From assembly GCF_001457595.1 (NCBI RefSeq), contig NZ_LN831039.1, positions 4,020,001 to 4,052,000 on the forward strand: DNA of 32,000 nt. Reading direction: 5' to 3'. A model generated the notes under the pieces. That model was not told the origin of the DNA. It searched no databases and saw only the letters and a program-made list of their open reading frames with translations. Below, one piece after another: positions 1-10,149 of this stretch (positions within the stretch are counted from its first letter, which is position 1; every line of letters begins with the position of its first letter). Made by a program: the position numbers and the translations under genes. This stretch comes from Mycolicibacterium smegmatis (lineage in GTDB: Bacteria; Actinomycetota; Actinomycetes; Mycobacteriales; Mycobacteriaceae).

Positions 1-236
1 CCGCGACGGCCACGAACGTGGCCGGAGAATCGGTGGGTGCCTGCGCCTGGGCGCGGCTGCCGCCGGGGACATGCCCGCGCAGTGCGACGACAGCGACCAC
101 CATGAGCACGAGCACTGTGGCCACGCGCCCCGCGGCATTCTGCAAACCGGGCATCGCCTGGTCAATGGTCGCACGATTTCAAATCACGCCCGGCAAAACC
201 GTTCACTCGATCGCCCGCCGGGGGCCTAATGACTGC

Positions 237-1169
237 GTGAGTGAACTTCGTGCGACAAACCCGGGTCAGGTGCAGGTCACCGTGACCAAGCTCGGGGCCC
301 ACATCGGCGCCAGGATCGACGGCGTGCGCGTCGGCGGCGACCTGTCCCCCGCCACCGTGAGCGCCATCAACGCGGCCCTCCTCGAGCACAAGGTGATCTT
401 CTTCTCCGGCCAGGACCATCTCGACGATGCCGGACAGCTGGAGTTCGCCGAGCTGCTGGGTACGCCCACCGTCGCCCATCCGACGCTCGCCGAGGGCGCC
501 GAGCAGTTGCTGCCGATCGACTCGCGCTACGACAAGGCCAACAGCTGGCACACCGATGTCACGTTCGTCGACCGTATCCCGAAGGCGTCGCTGCTGCGCG
601 CGATGACGCTGCCCAGCTACGGCGGCACCACCGCGTGGGCCTCGACGGAAGCGGCCTACCAGCAGCTGCCCGCGCCGCTGCGCACGCTGGCCGACAACCT
701 GTGGGCCGTGCACACCAACCGGTTCGACTACGCCGACAGCGCGATCTCCGCGGAACAGCGTGGCTACCGTCAGCGGTTCGAATCCGACTATTACGAGGTC
801 GAGCACCCGGTGGTGCGGGTGCACCCCGAGACCGGTGAGCGGGTCCTGCTCCTCGGCCATTTCGTCAAGTCGTTCGTCGGACTCAAGGACACCGAGTCCG
901 CGGCTTTGTTCCGGCTGTTCCAGGACCGGATCACGCGGCTGGAGAACACCGTACGGTGGAGCTGGAAGCCCGGTGACCTGGCGATCTGGGACAACCGCGC
1001 CACGCAGCACTACGCGGTGGCCGACTACGACGACCAGTACCGCAGGCTCAACCGCGTCACGCTGGCCGGTGACATCCCGGTCGACGTGTACGGCGAACGC
1101 AGCCGCGTCATCGCCGGTGACGCGTCGAGTTACTCCCCGGTGGACAGCCCGGTCGCCCTGGCGAGCTGA
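237..1169 (+). CDS. TauD/TfdA-family alpha-ketoglutarate-dependent dioxygenase (taurine/alkylsulfate dioxygenase-like)
   Basis: ORF 18..1169; in-frame GTG at 237 ([36 protein letters not shown]) matches the usual family N-terminus. Contains the Fe-binding HxD context [20 protein letters not shown] and the C-terminal [14 protein letters not shown] motif. Confidence 0.88.
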   Translation: MSELRATNPGQVQVTVTKLGAHIGARIDGVRVGGDLSPATVSAINAALLEHKVIFFSGQDHLDDAGQLEFAELLGTPTVAHPTLAEGAEQLLPIDSRYDKANSWHTDVTFVDRIPKASLLRAMTLPSYGGTTAWASTEAAYQQLPAPLRTLADNLWAVHTNRFDYADSAISAEQRGYRQRFESDYYEVEHPVVRVHPETGERVLLLGHFVKSFVGLKDTESAALFRLFQDRITRLENTVRWSWKPGDLAIWDNRATQHYAVADYDDQYRRLNRVTLAGDIPVDVYGERSRVIAGDASSYSPVDSPVALAS

Positions 1170-1178
1170 GTTCCTAGA

Positions 1179-2309
1179 ATGGGTCCGAGTATGACCCGGA
1201 CCCGTGACCAGGACGCCTGCCCCGGTGCGCTGACAGTGCACCAGGCCGCTGACGGCGCGCTCGTGCGCATCCGGCTCGCGGGCGGCGCCATCACAGCCGC
1301 GCAGCTGGCCACCCTGGCCGATGTCGCGAACGATCTGGGTTCTCCGGCAATGGAACTCACGTCGCGCGGCAACATCCAGATCCGTGGGCTGACCGACACC
1401 GACGCCGCCGCGGCGGCGCTGGCCGGCGCCGGACTGTTGCCGTCACCGACACACGAGCGCGTGCGCAACATCGTGGCCTCGCCGCTGACGGGACGGTCGG
1501 GCGGGGTCGCCGACGTCGGCGCCCTGGTCTCCGAACTCGACGCGGCGATCCAGGCCGAGCCCGAGCTGGCCGGGTTGCCGGGCCGGTTCCTGTTCGGTCT
1601 GGACGACGGGCGCGGCGACATCTCCGGTCTCGGCCCCGACGCCGGGGTGCACATGCTCGACGCCGGCACCGGCGCTCTGCTGCTCGGCGGGTGTGACACC
1701 GGGGTACGGATCGACCGCGCCGGCGTGGTGCCCACGCTGATCACCGTGGCCCGCCGGTTCGCGAAGGTGCACGGAAAGGCCTGGCGTGTCGGCGAACTCG
1801 ACGACCTGGCGCCGCTGCTGGAGGGTTTGACGGCGTCCGGACCAGGTGGGCAGCGGTGGGCCCCGACCGTGCGGCCGCCCGTCGGCTGGATTCCCCAGCG
1901 CGACGGCCGTGTAGCGCTGGGCGCCGGGGTGCCGCTGGGTGTGTTGTCCGCGCGCGACGCGCAGTTCCTCGCCGCGATCGAGGCGCCCATCGTGATCACG
2001 CCGTGGCGGTCGGTGCTGGTGTTCGACCTCGACGAGGGCGTCGCCGACACCGCGTTGCGGGTGCTCGCGCCGATGGGGCTGGTGTTCGACGAGAACTCAC
2101 CCTGGCTCGATGTCAGCGCCTGCACCGGCAGTCCCGGATGCGCGAAGTCACTGACCGATGTGCGCGCCGACGCCGCGGCGGCGGCGCAGGAACCGTCGGC
2201 AAATCACCGGCACTTCGTGGGCTGTGAGCGGGCCTGCGGCAGCCCGCCCGTCGGGGACGTCCTCGTCGCCACGGAGGACGGATATCGACTGCGCATCGCG
2301 TCCCCGTAA
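1179..2309 (+). CDS. cobG: Precorrin-3B synthase (nitrite/sulfite reductase ferredoxin-like family)
   Basis: Ferredoxin-like half domains (ELTSRGNIQIRGL), C-terminal cysteine cluster CTGSPGCAKS...CERACG, and position directly upstream of cobH. The ATG at 1191 is an alternative start. Confidence 0.9.
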   Translation: MGPSMTRTRDQDACPGALTVHQAADGALVRIRLAGGAITAAQLATLADVANDLGSPAMELTSRGNIQIRGLTDTDAAAAALAGAGLLPSPTHERVRNIVASPLTGRSGGVADVGALVSELDAAIQAEPELAGLPGRFLFGLDDGRGDISGLGPDAGVHMLDAGTGALLLGGCDTGVRIDRAGVVPTLITVARRFAKVHGKAWRVGELDDLAPLLEGLTASGPGGQRWAPTVRPPVGWIPQRDGRVALGAGVPLGVLSARDAQFLAAIEAPIVITPWRSVLVFDLDEGVADTALRVLAPMGLVFDENSPWLDVSACTGSPGCAKSLTDVRADAAAAAQEPSANHRHFVGCERACGSPPVGDVLVATEDGYRLRIASP

Positions 2310-2318
2310 GGTTGGCGG

Positions 2319-2945
2319 GTGCTCGACTACATCCGTGACGCAGCCGAGATCTACCGGCAGTCGTTCGCGACGATCCGCGACGAAGCCGATCTGTCCCGCT
2401 TCCCCGCCGACGTCTCGCGCGTGGTGGTCCGGTTGATCCACACCTGCGGCCAGGTCGACGTCACCGACCATGTCGCCTTCACCGGCGACGTCGTCACCAG
2501 GACCCACGCCACGCTCGCGGACGGCGCACCGATCCTGTGCGACTCGTCGATGGTGGCCGCGGGCATCACCCGCTCGCGCCTGCCCGCCGACAACGAGGTG
2601 GTCTCCCTCGTCGCCGACAGCCGCGCTCCCGAACTCGCGGCCCGTATGGGCACCACGCGTTCGGCCGCCGCGGTCGATCTGTGGGCCGACCGTCTCGGCG
2701 GTGCGGTCCTGGCGATCGGCAATGCGCCCACCGCGTTGTTCCGGCTGCTGGAACTGCTCGACGAGGGTGCGCCGACCCCCGCCGCGGTGCTCGGCGGGCC
2801 CGTCGGTTTCGTCGGCTCCGCGCAGTCCAAGCAGGAGCTGATCGAGCGCCCGCGGGGAATGTCCTACCTGGTGGTGACGGGCCGTCGGGGCGGCAGCGCG
2901 ATGGCCGCGGCCGCCGTCAACGCGATTGCGAGTGAGCGGGAATGA
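2319..2945 (+). CDS. cobH: Precorrin-8X methylmutase
   Basis: [25 protein letters not shown]...[15 protein letters not shown]...[14 protein letters not shown]...[14 protein letters not shown] is diagnostic of CobH/CbiC. GTG start. Confidence 0.95.
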   Translation: MLDYIRDAAEIYRQSFATIRDEADLSRFPADVSRVVVRLIHTCGQVDVTDHVAFTGDVVTRTHATLADGAPILCDSSMVAAGITRSRLPADNEVVSLVADSRAPELAARMGTTRSAAAVDLWADRLGGAVLAIGNAPTALFRLLELLDEGAPTPAAVLGGPVGFVGSAQSKQELIERPRGMSYLVVTGRRGGSAMAAAAVNAIASERE

Positions 2946-4453
2946 GCGAGAACAAGCACGGCACCCTGTACGGCGTCGGACTCGGGCCAGGCGACCCCGA
3001 ACTGGTGACGGTCAAGGCCGCCCGCGTGATCGGCGAGGCCGACGTGGTGGCCTACCACAGCGCCCGTCACGGCCAGAGCATCGCGCGCGGCATCGCCGAG
3101 CCCTACCTGCGGCCGGGTCAGCTCGAGGAGCACCTGGTCTACCCGGTGACCACCGAGACCACCGACCATCCGGGCGGATACGCCGGCGCGATGGAGGATT
3201 TCTACGCCGAGGCCGCCGAACGCATCGCGGCCCACCTGCAGGCGGGCCGCGACGTCGCGCTCCTGGCCGAGGGTGACCCGCTGTTCTACAGCTCGTACAT
3301 GCACATGCACACACGGCTCACCGAACGGTTCGACGCCGTGATCGTGCCGGGCGTGACGTCGGTGAGCGCCGCGTCGGCCGCGACGGGCACTCCCCTGGTG
3401 CAGGGCGACGAGGTCCTCACCATCCTGCCCGGCACGCTGCCCGCCGACGAGCTCAAACGCAGGCTGGCCGACACCGACGCCGCGGTGGTGATGAAGCTGG
3501 GCCGCTCGTACACCCGTGTGCGCGAGGCGCTTTCGTCGGCCGGGCGCCTGGACGAGGCGTTCTACGTCGAGCGTGCGAGCACCGACCGGCAGAAGGTGGC
3601 GCAGGCAGGCGAGGTCGAGTCCGCCAAGGTGCCGTACTTCTCGCTGACCATGGTGCCCGGCGGCATGGCGCGCCAGGAGCAGCGCCCCGAGCGCGGCAGC
3701 GTCGTCGTGGTGGGCCTCGGGCCCGGTGACCACGACTGGATGACGCCGCAGAGCCGGCGCGAGCTCGCCGCGGCGACCGATCTCATCGGCTACGGCCCGT
3801 ACCTCGACCGGGTCGGTCTGCGGCCCGGTCAGCGGCACCATCCCAGTGACAACACCGACGAACCCCAACGCGCACGGCTGGCCTGCACGCTGGCCCAGCA
3901 GGGTCACGCCGTCGCGGTGGTGTCCTCGGGTGACCCGGGCGTGTTCGCGATGGCGACCGCGGTGCTCGAAGAGGCCAAGCAGTGGCCCGGTGTCGAGGTG
4001 CGCGTCATCCCGGCCATGACGGCCGCGCAGGCTGTGGCCAGCCGGGCCGGCGCACCCCTGGGCCACGACTATGCGGTGATCTCGCTGTCCGACCGGCTCA
4101 AGCCGTGGGACGTGATCGTCGAACGGCTCAAGGCGGCCGCCAAGGCCGATCTGGTGCTCGCGATCTACAACCCGGCGTCGAAGACCCGCACGTGGCAGGT
4201 GGGCGCCATGCGCGACCTGCTGCTGGAGCACCGCGACCCGAGCACCCCGGTGATCATCGGACGTGCGGTGTCGGGTGCGCGGCCCGGCGAGGGCGAGAGC
4301 GTGCGGGTGGTGCGACTGGCCGAACTCGATCCCGCACAGGTCGACATGCGCTGCCTGCTGATCATCGGGTCGTCGCAGACCCAGTGGTACAGCGCCGCGG
4401 TCGACGACACCGCCGAGGATCGCGTGTTCACCCCGCGCACCTACCCCGGCTGA
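2942..4453 (+). CDS. cobIJ: Bifunctional precorrin-2 C20-methyltransferase / precorrin-3B C17-methyltransferase (CobI-CobJ fusion)
   Basis: Two tandem tetrapyrrole methylase domains: [22 protein letters not shown] and [22 protein letters not shown]...[13 protein letters not shown]...IYNPASKTR. 4-bp ATGA overlap with cobH. Confidence 0.95.
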   Translation: MSENKHGTLYGVGLGPGDPELVTVKAARVIGEADVVAYHSARHGQSIARGIAEPYLRPGQLEEHLVYPVTTETTDHPGGYAGAMEDFYAEAAERIAAHLQAGRDVALLAEGDPLFYSSYMHMHTRLTERFDAVIVPGVTSVSAASAATGTPLVQGDEVLTILPGTLPADELKRRLADTDAAVVMKLGRSYTRVREALSSAGRLDEAFYVERASTDRQKVAQAGEVESAKVPYFSLTMVPGGMARQEQRPERGSVVVVGLGPGDHDWMTPQSRRELAAATDLIGYGPYLDRVGLRPGQRHHPSDNTDEPQRARLACTLAQQGHAVAVVSSGDPGVFAMATAVLEEAKQWPGVEVRVIPAMTAAQAVASRAGAPLGHDYAVISLSDRLKPWDVIVERLKAAAKADLVLAIYNPASKTRTWQVGAMRDLLLEHRDPSTPVIIGRAVSGARPGEGESVRVVRLAELDPAQVDMRCLLIIGSSQTQWYSAAVDDTAEDRVFTPRTYPG

Positions 4454-4461
4454 CGCACGTC

Positions 4462-4481
4462 GACAATCATTGACTGTTGTC
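4462..4481. promoter_or_regulatory. Candidate imperfect operator upstream of the TetR gene
   Basis: GACAATCATTGACTGTTGTC: outer arms GACAA/TTGTC are perfectly inverted, about 50 bp upstream of the TetR GTG start. Confidence 0.3.
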
Positions 4482-4529
4482 AGTTTCGGGATTAGTGTCC
4501 GGCGTCACACCATCTGAGATGGGAGAGCC

Positions 4530-5174
4530 GTGGTACGCCCGAGCACACCGGTACGGTCGCCGACCGACCGTCGGCAGCCGCAACGCAGCGATCAACGACG
4601 CACCGCGATCCTCGAGGCGCTCAACGAACACCTCCAGAAAACCGGTTTCGACGCGCTGAACATCGCCGAGGTGGCACGGCAGGCCGGGGTCGGCCGCTCG
4701 GCGTTCTACTTCTACTTCGAGAACAAGGCCGCCGCGGTCGCCGCACTGCTCGAACCCATGCACGAGGCACTGCTGGCGGCCAACAACATCCTGGCCGACC
4801 TCACACGCCCGCCGCGCGAACGCATCCGCGCCACCCTCGACGCTGTGCTGCGGACCGCCGAGGACCACCGGTACCTGTTCCAGGCGATGCTGGAGGCCCG
4901 CGGCACCAGCGGCGCGGTCCGCGACATGTGGGACGCGGCGCGGGAGTCGTTCGTGCCCACGGTCTCCGCGGTGATCACCGCCGAACGCGAAAGCGGCCGC
5001 GCCCCGGACGGTGTCGATCCGAAGGTGCTGGCCTCGCTGCTCATGGAGTTCAACGACCGACTGCTGGAACGGCTCATCATCGGCGGGCCGTTGACCCGCC
5101 GACAACTACTGGAAGGTGCCGAAGCGATGTGGATGGGTGCGATCTACGCGAGCGAACCGGAGCAGACGCGATGA
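4530..5174 (+). CDS. TetR/AcrR-family transcriptional regulator (EthR-like architecture)
   Basis: HTH TGFDALNIAEVARQAGVGRSAFYFYFENKAAAVAALL; GTG start. Confidence 0.93.
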   Translation: MVRPSTPVRSPTDRRQPQRSDQRRTAILEALNEHLQKTGFDALNIAEVARQAGVGRSAFYFYFENKAAAVAALLEPMHEALLAANNILADLTRPPRERIRATLDAVLRTAEDHRYLFQAMLEARGTSGAVRDMWDAARESFVPTVSAVITAERESGRAPDGVDPKVLASLLMEFNDRLLERLIIGGPLTRRQLLEGAEAMWMGAIYASEPEQTR

Positions 5175-6238
5175 CCGCGGCGGTCTCGATTCCCGGTCGC
5201 CCCGTCGACGTCACGCCGTCCTGGTTGTCGGGCGTGCTGGGCACCGAGGTGGCAACGGCGGCAACCGAACCCATCGGCACCGGGCAGACCGGGGCCACCT
5301 ACCGGGTCACGGTCACCTATGCGGGTGACTCCGCACTGCCGACGACGTTCGCGATCAAGCTGCCGTCGCAGGACGACACGGTGCGCGACCGCGTCGCGAT
5401 CGGCTACCGGTCCGAGCATGCGTTCTACACCAGCCTCGCCGGGCAGGTGCGGATCCCGGTCCCCCACTGCTACCACTGCGAGATCGCCGGTGAGGGAGCA
5501 GATTTCGTGCTGGTGCTGGCCGACATGGCACCCGCCGAGCAGGGCGATCAGATCGCCGGATGCTCGCCGGCCGAGGCCGCACTGGCGGTGCGCGCGCTGG
5601 CCGATCTGCACGGGCCGACGTGGTGTGACCCGCAGTGGGCGAACTTCCCCGGCATCGCGATGCCCAAGCCGGAACCGGATTCGGCCAAGGGCTTCGGCGA
5701 CATCGCCAAGATGGCCGCCGACATCACGCTCGACAAACTCGGCGACCGGCTCAGCATCGGTGACCGCGAGACCCTCAGCGCGTCGATGTCCGTGGTGACC
5801 CCGTGGCTGTTGGCCGAACCGGACCGTTTCGCGGTGCTGCACGGCGACTACCGGCTCGACAACATGCTCTTCGACCCCGACCGCACACGCGTCACCGTGG
5901 TCGACTGGCAGACGCTCGGATCGGGCCTGCCCGCACGTGACCTGTCGTACTTCACCGCCACGAGCTTCGACCCGGCCGACCGCGCCGCGGCCGAACGGGA
6001 TCTGGTCGGCGAGTACCACCGCACGCTGCTGGCGCACGGCGTCACGGGGTACGACCGCGAGACCTGTTGGCGCGATTACCGTCTGGGCATGCTCCAGGCG
6101 CCGCTGATCACGGTGCTCGGCTGCGCGTTCGCGTCGTCGACCGATCGCGGCGACGACATGATGGTGGTGATGGCGCAGCGCGGCTGTCAGGCCATCCGCG
6201 AACTGGGCACCCTGGACCTCATCGACGCAGCGAGCTGA
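5171..6238 (+). CDS. Aminoglycoside phosphotransferase/APH-family kinase-like protein
   Basis: Brenner-type motif VLHGDYRLDNMLFDPDRTRVTVVDWQT; ATG at 5171 overlaps the TetR stop (ATGA), so the start is placed there rather than at the ORF-track start 4928. Confidence 0.9.
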   Translation: MTAAVSIPGRPVDVTPSWLSGVLGTEVATAATEPIGTGQTGATYRVTVTYAGDSALPTTFAIKLPSQDDTVRDRVAIGYRSEHAFYTSLAGQVRIPVPHCYHCEIAGEGADFVLVLADMAPAEQGDQIAGCSPAEAALAVRALADLHGPTWCDPQWANFPGIAMPKPEPDSAKGFGDIAKMAADITLDKLGDRLSIGDRETLSASMSVVTPWLLAEPDRFAVLHGDYRLDNMLFDPDRTRVTVVDWQTLGSGLPARDLSYFTATSFDPADRAAAERDLVGEYHRTLLAHGVTGYDRETCWRDYRLGMLQAPLITVLGCAFASSTDRGDDMMVVMAQRGCQAIRELGTLDLIDAAS

Positions 6239-6974
6239 CCCAGTCGCGGGCCTGCTCGACGGTGGTGACGCTGTGCACCCCGGCAGGCAGCGGCGGGCGG
6301 TCCACCATGATCACCGCCACCCCGGCCGTCGCCGCGGCGTCCAGTTTGGGCTGTGTCATGTCCCCGCCGCTGTTCTTGGTGACCAGGACGTCGATGTGGT
6401 GGTCGCGTAGCAGCGCCAGTTCGCCCTCGTAGTCATACGGCCCGCGCGACAGCAGCAGTTCGTGGCGTGCGGGCAGGGTGTCGGCTTCGGGTTCGGTGAC
6501 GGCGCGGATCAGAAACCATGCGTCGACGCCGCGGAACGCCGACGTCCCGGAGCGCCCCGTGGTCAGGAACACGCGCGAAAACCCGCGCTGCACCACCACT
6601 TCGGCTGCCTCGGTGTCCGAGGCCACCACGATCGCGTCACCCGGCGACCAGGCGGGCCGCGCCAGCACGAGGTGCGGCAGACCCAGTTCGGCGCACACCT
6701 GCGCGGCGTGCGTGGTGATGGTCGCGGCGAACGGGTGCGTCGCGTCGACCACGGCGTCGATTCCCTCGTCGCGCAGCCAGCGCCGCATGCCCTCGACCCC
6801 ACCGAATCCTCCGATACGCACCTGCCCGACCGGCAGCGCCGGATCGGGAACCCGCCCGGCCAGTGAGCTGATCACCTCGATCTCCGGCTGTAAGGGGTGC
6901 AGCGCGGCCGCGAGCGCGCGGGCCTCACCGGTGCCTCCGAGCAGCAGAACTCGCATCGTCGCGGTCTCGGTCAA
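6219..6974 (-). CDS. cobK: Precorrin-6A reductase
   Basis: MRVLLLGGTGEARALAAAL N-terminus, DATHPFAATIT motif, ending VTKNSGG...KLDAAATAGVAVIMVDRPP. TTG at 6974 with a GGGAG SD; ATG 6956 is the alternative. Confidence 0.95.
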   Translation of the reverse strand: MTETATMRVLLLGGTGEARALAAALHPLQPEIEVISSLAGRVPDPALPVGQVRIGGFGGVEGMRRWLRDEGIDAVVDATHPFAATITTHAAQVCAELGLPHLVLARPAWSPGDAIVVASDTEAAEVVVQRGFSRVFLTTGRSGTSAFRGVDAWFLIRAVTEPEADTLPARHELLLSRGPYDYEGELALLRDHHIDVLVTKNSGGDMTQPKLDAAATAGVAVIMVDRPPLPAGVHSVTTVEQARDWVSSLRR

Positions 6975-7726
6975 TGCCTGCTCCCTCGGCGCCGCGTCGC
7001 CGAGTACAGGTAACTGTCGGTGAAACCCTCGGCGGCCAGCACGTCACCCACCACGATCACCGCGGTGCGGGTCACGTCGGCCGCGTGCATCTGCTCGGCG
7101 ATGTCGGCGAGCGTGCCCCGCAGCACCACCTCCTGCGGCCAGCTCGCGAACGCCACCACGGCACAGGGGGTTTCGGGGCGGTAACCGCCCTCGATCAGTT
7201 GGGGGACGATGTTGTCGATCTGCGCGGCGGCCAGGTGCAGCACCAGTGTGGCGCCCGGTGCGGACAGCGTGCGCAGATCCTCGCCTTCGGGCATGGCCGT
7301 CGAGAGCGTCGCGACCCGGCTCAACGTCACGGTCTGCGCGACACCTGGCACGGTGAGCTCGCGGCCCAGCGCGGCCGCGACCGCGGCGAAAGCCGGTACA
7401 CCGGGCACGATCTCGTAGCCGATGCCGAGCGCGTCGAGCCTGCGGCACTGTTCGGCCAGCGCGCTGTAGATCGACGGGTCCCCGGAGTGCAGCCGCGCGA
7501 CGTCGAGCCCGGCCTCGTCGGCCGCGACGAGTTCGTCGATGATCTGATCGAGGTTCAGCGGTCCGGTGTCGATCACCTTGGCGTCCGGCGGGCACAGCGC
7601 GAGCAGATCGTCGGGCATGATCGATCCGGCGTACAGGCACACCTTGCAGGTGCCGAGCAGCCGCTGGCCGCGCACCGTGATGAGATCGGCCGCGCCGGGG
7701 CCCGCGCCGATGAAGTAGACCGTCAT
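6971..7726 (-). CDS. cobM: Precorrin-4 C11-methyltransferase
   Basis: MTVYFIGAGPGAADLITVRGQRLL...YAGSIMPDDLL...HSGDPSIYSALAEQ...EIVPGVPAF. Start at 7726 by homology; 4-bp overlaps with cobK and cobL. Confidence 0.95.
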   Translation of the reverse strand: MTVYFIGAGPGAADLITVRGQRLLGTCKVCLYAGSIMPDDLLALCPPDAKVIDTGPLNLDQIIDELVAADEAGLDVARLHSGDPSIYSALAEQCRRLDALGIGYEIVPGVPAFAAVAAALGRELTVPGVAQTVTLSRVATLSTAMPEGEDLRTLSAPGATLVLHLAAAQIDNIVPQLIEGGYRPETPCAVVAFASWPQEVVLRGTLADIAEQMHAADVTRTAVIVVGDVLAAEGFTDSYLYSATRRRGSRH

Positions 7727-8907
7727 GCCTTGACCACCGACCACTGGGTCACCGGCAGCGCCGGGCGCCATGCGGTGAAGCCTCCGACGGCCCCACCCTG
7801 ATAGTGCTGATAGCGCCGCAAATCGCCGCCTTTCTCTGAGTACCACTGGGCGACAACGGCTTCTGATTCCACCGTCACCGCGTTGACCACCAGCCTGCCA
7901 CCCGTGGACAGCCGGTCGAAGCACGCCTCCAGCACACCCGGCCCGGTCACACCACCACCGATGAAGATCGCCGCGGGTGCGGGCGCGCCGTCGAAGCACT
8001 CGGGCGCGGCACCCCGCAGATCCACTCGCACACCGAATGCCTCGACGTTGGCGCGGATGCGGTCGCGCCGCTGCTCGTCTCGCTCGAACGCCACCGCGGT
8101 GCAACCGGGTGCGCTTCGGCACCATTCGATCGCGATGCTGCCCGAGCCCGAGCCGACGTCCCACAGCAGTTCACCCGGGCGCGGGCCCAGCGCGGCCAGC
8201 GTGACCGCCCGGATCGACTGTTTGGTGATCTGCCCGTCGTGGCTGAACTGTTCGTCGGGCAGCGCGTGGGCCCTGCGGTCCTCAGGCCGGTAGGTGACCG
8301 CGACGACGTTGAGGTCGTCGACATCGGGCGCGGGTGCGGCCGACCAGTCGGCCGCGGTGCCGTCGCGGCGGCGCTCACCGGGACCGCCCAACTGCTCCAG
8401 CACCGTGAACCCGGAATCCCCGCGGCCGGATTCGGTGAGCAGACGCGCCAGTTCGGTGGGGGTCGACGCGTCCCGCGACAGTACGACCGCCCGGCCGCCG
8501 CGGCGCACCGCGGTGTGCGGCGGCGCGGTGACCAGGCTGATGACCTCGGTGTCGGGCACCGTCCATCCCATACGCGCGCACGCCAGCGTCACGCTCGACA
8601 CGTGCGGCAGCACCCGCACACGGTCCGCGCCGAACAGGCGGATCAGCGTGGCGCCTATGCCGTGGCACAGCGGGTCGCCGCTGGCCACGACGTGCACGTC
8701 CCCTCCGAAGTCGTCGAACAGCGTCGGCAGGGCGGGCAGCATCGGCGACGGCCACTCACGACGGTCGGCGGTCACGGTGTCGTCGAGCAGCGCGAGTTGC
8801 CGCGGCGCGCCGAACACCACGGTCGCGCGTGCGAGTTCGTCGCGCGACGCCGCCGACAGCCCGGGCATGCCGTCGGCGCCGATGCCGACCACGATGATCA
8901 ACTTCAT
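7723..8907 (-). CDS. cobL: Precorrin-6Y C5,15-methyltransferase (decarboxylating), CobE/CbiT-type fusion
   Basis: N-terminal methylase MKLIIVVGIGADGMPGLS...VVASGDPLCHGIGATL, C-terminal SAM-methyltransferase PGELLWDVGSGSGSIAIEW; start placed at ATG 8907. Confidence 0.94.
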   Translation of the reverse strand: MKLIIVVGIGADGMPGLSAASRDELARATVVFGAPRQLALLDDTVTADRREWPSPMLPALPTLFDDFGGDVHVVASGDPLCHGIGATLIRLFGADRVRVLPHVSSVTLACARMGWTVPDTEVISLVTAPPHTAVRRGGRAVVLSRDASTPTELARLLTESGRGDSGFTVLEQLGGPGERRRDGTAADWSAAPAPDVDDLNVVAVTYRPEDRRAHALPDEQFSHDGQITKQSIRAVTLAALGPRPGELLWDVGSGSGSIAIEWCRSAPGCTAVAFERDEQRRDRIRANVEAFGVRVDLRGAAPECFDGAPAPAAIFIGGGVTGPGVLEACFDRLSTGGRLVVNAVTVESEAVVAQWYSEKGGDLRRYQHYQGGAVGGFTAWRPALPVTQWSVVKA

Positions 8908-8935
8908 CGGTGTCCTCGGCTCTTCGCATGAGCGC

Positions 8936-9694
8936 TCATCGCGGCATCCTGCGCCAGAGGACCTGCGGCACAAACCTCGTCGTGAAGGCCATCGGGCGGA
9001 TCACCCACGGCACCCACACCGCGCGCTTGCCCCGCGCGAGCGCCTTGGCCGCGGCATCGGCGACCTGTGCCGGTGTGCTGGCGAACGGCGCGGGCTCCAT
9101 GCCCTCGGTCATGTGCCCGATGACGAAACCGGGCCGCACGATGAGCACGTGCACGCCCGTGCCGTGCAGCGCGTCGGACAGACCGCAGGCAAACCCGTCG
9201 AGCCCGGCCTTGGCCGAACCGTAGACATAATTGGCGCGACGCACGCGCGCCCCGGCGATCGACGAGAACACCACGAGCCTGCCGTGGCCGGCCGTGCGCA
9301 TGCGCCGGGCGAGTTCGGTGAGCAACCCGACCTGCGCGACGTAGTCGGTGTGCACCACCGCGACCGCGTGCGCGGCGTCGTCCTCGGCGCGGGCCTGATC
9401 CCCCAGCACGCCGAACGCCAGCACCGCGGTGTCGATCGGTCCGTGCGCGGATTCGATCTCCTCGACCACGCGGGCGTGTGCGGCGATGTCGTCGGCGTCG
9501 AACTCGCAGGTGTGCACCGCGGCCGCACCCGCGTCGCGTACCGCGGCCACCTGGGGTTCGAGCCGGTCGGCGCCGCGCGCGGCCAGCACCACGGTGTTGC
9601 CCGGTGCCAGCCGAACCGCCAGTTCGGTGCCGATCTCGCTGCGTCCGCCGAATATGACCACGACACGACGATCCGTGTCAGCCGTGTCTTTCAC
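8936..9694 (-). CDS. Short-chain dehydrogenase/reductase, homologous to M. tuberculosis Rv2073c
   Basis: [19 protein letters not shown] ... [29 protein letters not shown] (YxxxK). GTG at 9694 chosen from the -10-like GATAAT position; ORF track extends to 9742. Confidence 0.88.
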   Translation of the reverse strand: MKDTADTDRRVVVIFGGRSEIGTELAVRLAPGNTVVLAARGADRLEPQVAAVRDAGAAAVHTCEFDADDIAAHARVVEEIESAHGPIDTAVLAFGVLGDQARAEDDAAHAVAVVHTDYVAQVGLLTELARRMRTAGHGRLVVFSSIAGARVRRANYVYGSAKAGLDGFACGLSDALHGTGVHVLIVRPGFVIGHMTEGMEPAPFASTPAQVADAAAKALARGKRAVWVPWVIRPMAFTTRFVPQVLWRRMPR

Positions 9695-9729
9695 AGCAGC
9701 GATTATCACCTGCGCTAGCGTGGACCCCG

Positions 9730-10149
9730 ATGGCTGCATCACGTGGCAAAGCGACCACCCGGCTCACCACCGACGCGCTGGCGTTCCTCACCGAACGTCA
9801 TCTCGCGATGCTGACCACGCTGCGCTCGGACGGCTCGCCGCACGTCGTGGCCGTCGGATTCACGTTCGACCCCAAGACCCACATCGCCCGCGTCATCACC
9901 ACGGGCGGGTCGCAGAAGGCCGTCAACGCCCAGGAGCGCGGCGTTGCGGTGCTCAGCCAGGTCGACGGCGCGCGCTGGCTGTCACTGGAGGGCAAATCCA
10001 CCGTGAGCTCGGATCCGGACGCGGTCCGCGACGCCGAGCTGCGGTACGCGCAGCGTTACCGCACGCCGCGGGTCAACCCGCGGCGCGTGGTGATCGAGGT
10101 GCGGATCGAGCGCGTTCTGGGGTCCTCGGAGCTGCTGGACCGCAGCTGA
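9730..10149 (+). CDS. PPOX-class F420-dependent oxidoreductase, Rv2074-like (F420H2-dependent biliverdin reductase)
   Basis: [64 protein letters not shown] is near-identical to what I recall of Rv2074. Confidence 0.9.
   Translation: MAASRGKATTRLTTDALAFLTERHLAMLTTLRSDGSPHVVAVGFTFDPKTHIARVITTGGSQKAVNAQERGVAVLSQVDGARWLSLEGKSTVSSDPDAVRDAELRYAQRYRTPRVNPRRVVIEVRIERVLGSSELLDRS

Noticed and set aside
1170-1190. Cobalamin riboswitch upstream of cobG
   Set aside because: Only about 10-20 bp separate the dioxygenase stop from cobG, and no B12-box-like leader is visible before cobG or cobL.
2864-4231. - strand ORF of 455 aa, plus 162..1241 (-), 10177..11400 (+), 8294..9718 (+)
   Set aside because: All overlap confidently identified genes on the opposite strand and have low-complexity shadow composition.
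8928-8939. 12-bp palindrome ATGAGCGCTCAT between cobL and the SDR gene
   Set aside because: Partly within the SDR stop codon, short and isolated; could be a binding site but there is no supporting context.
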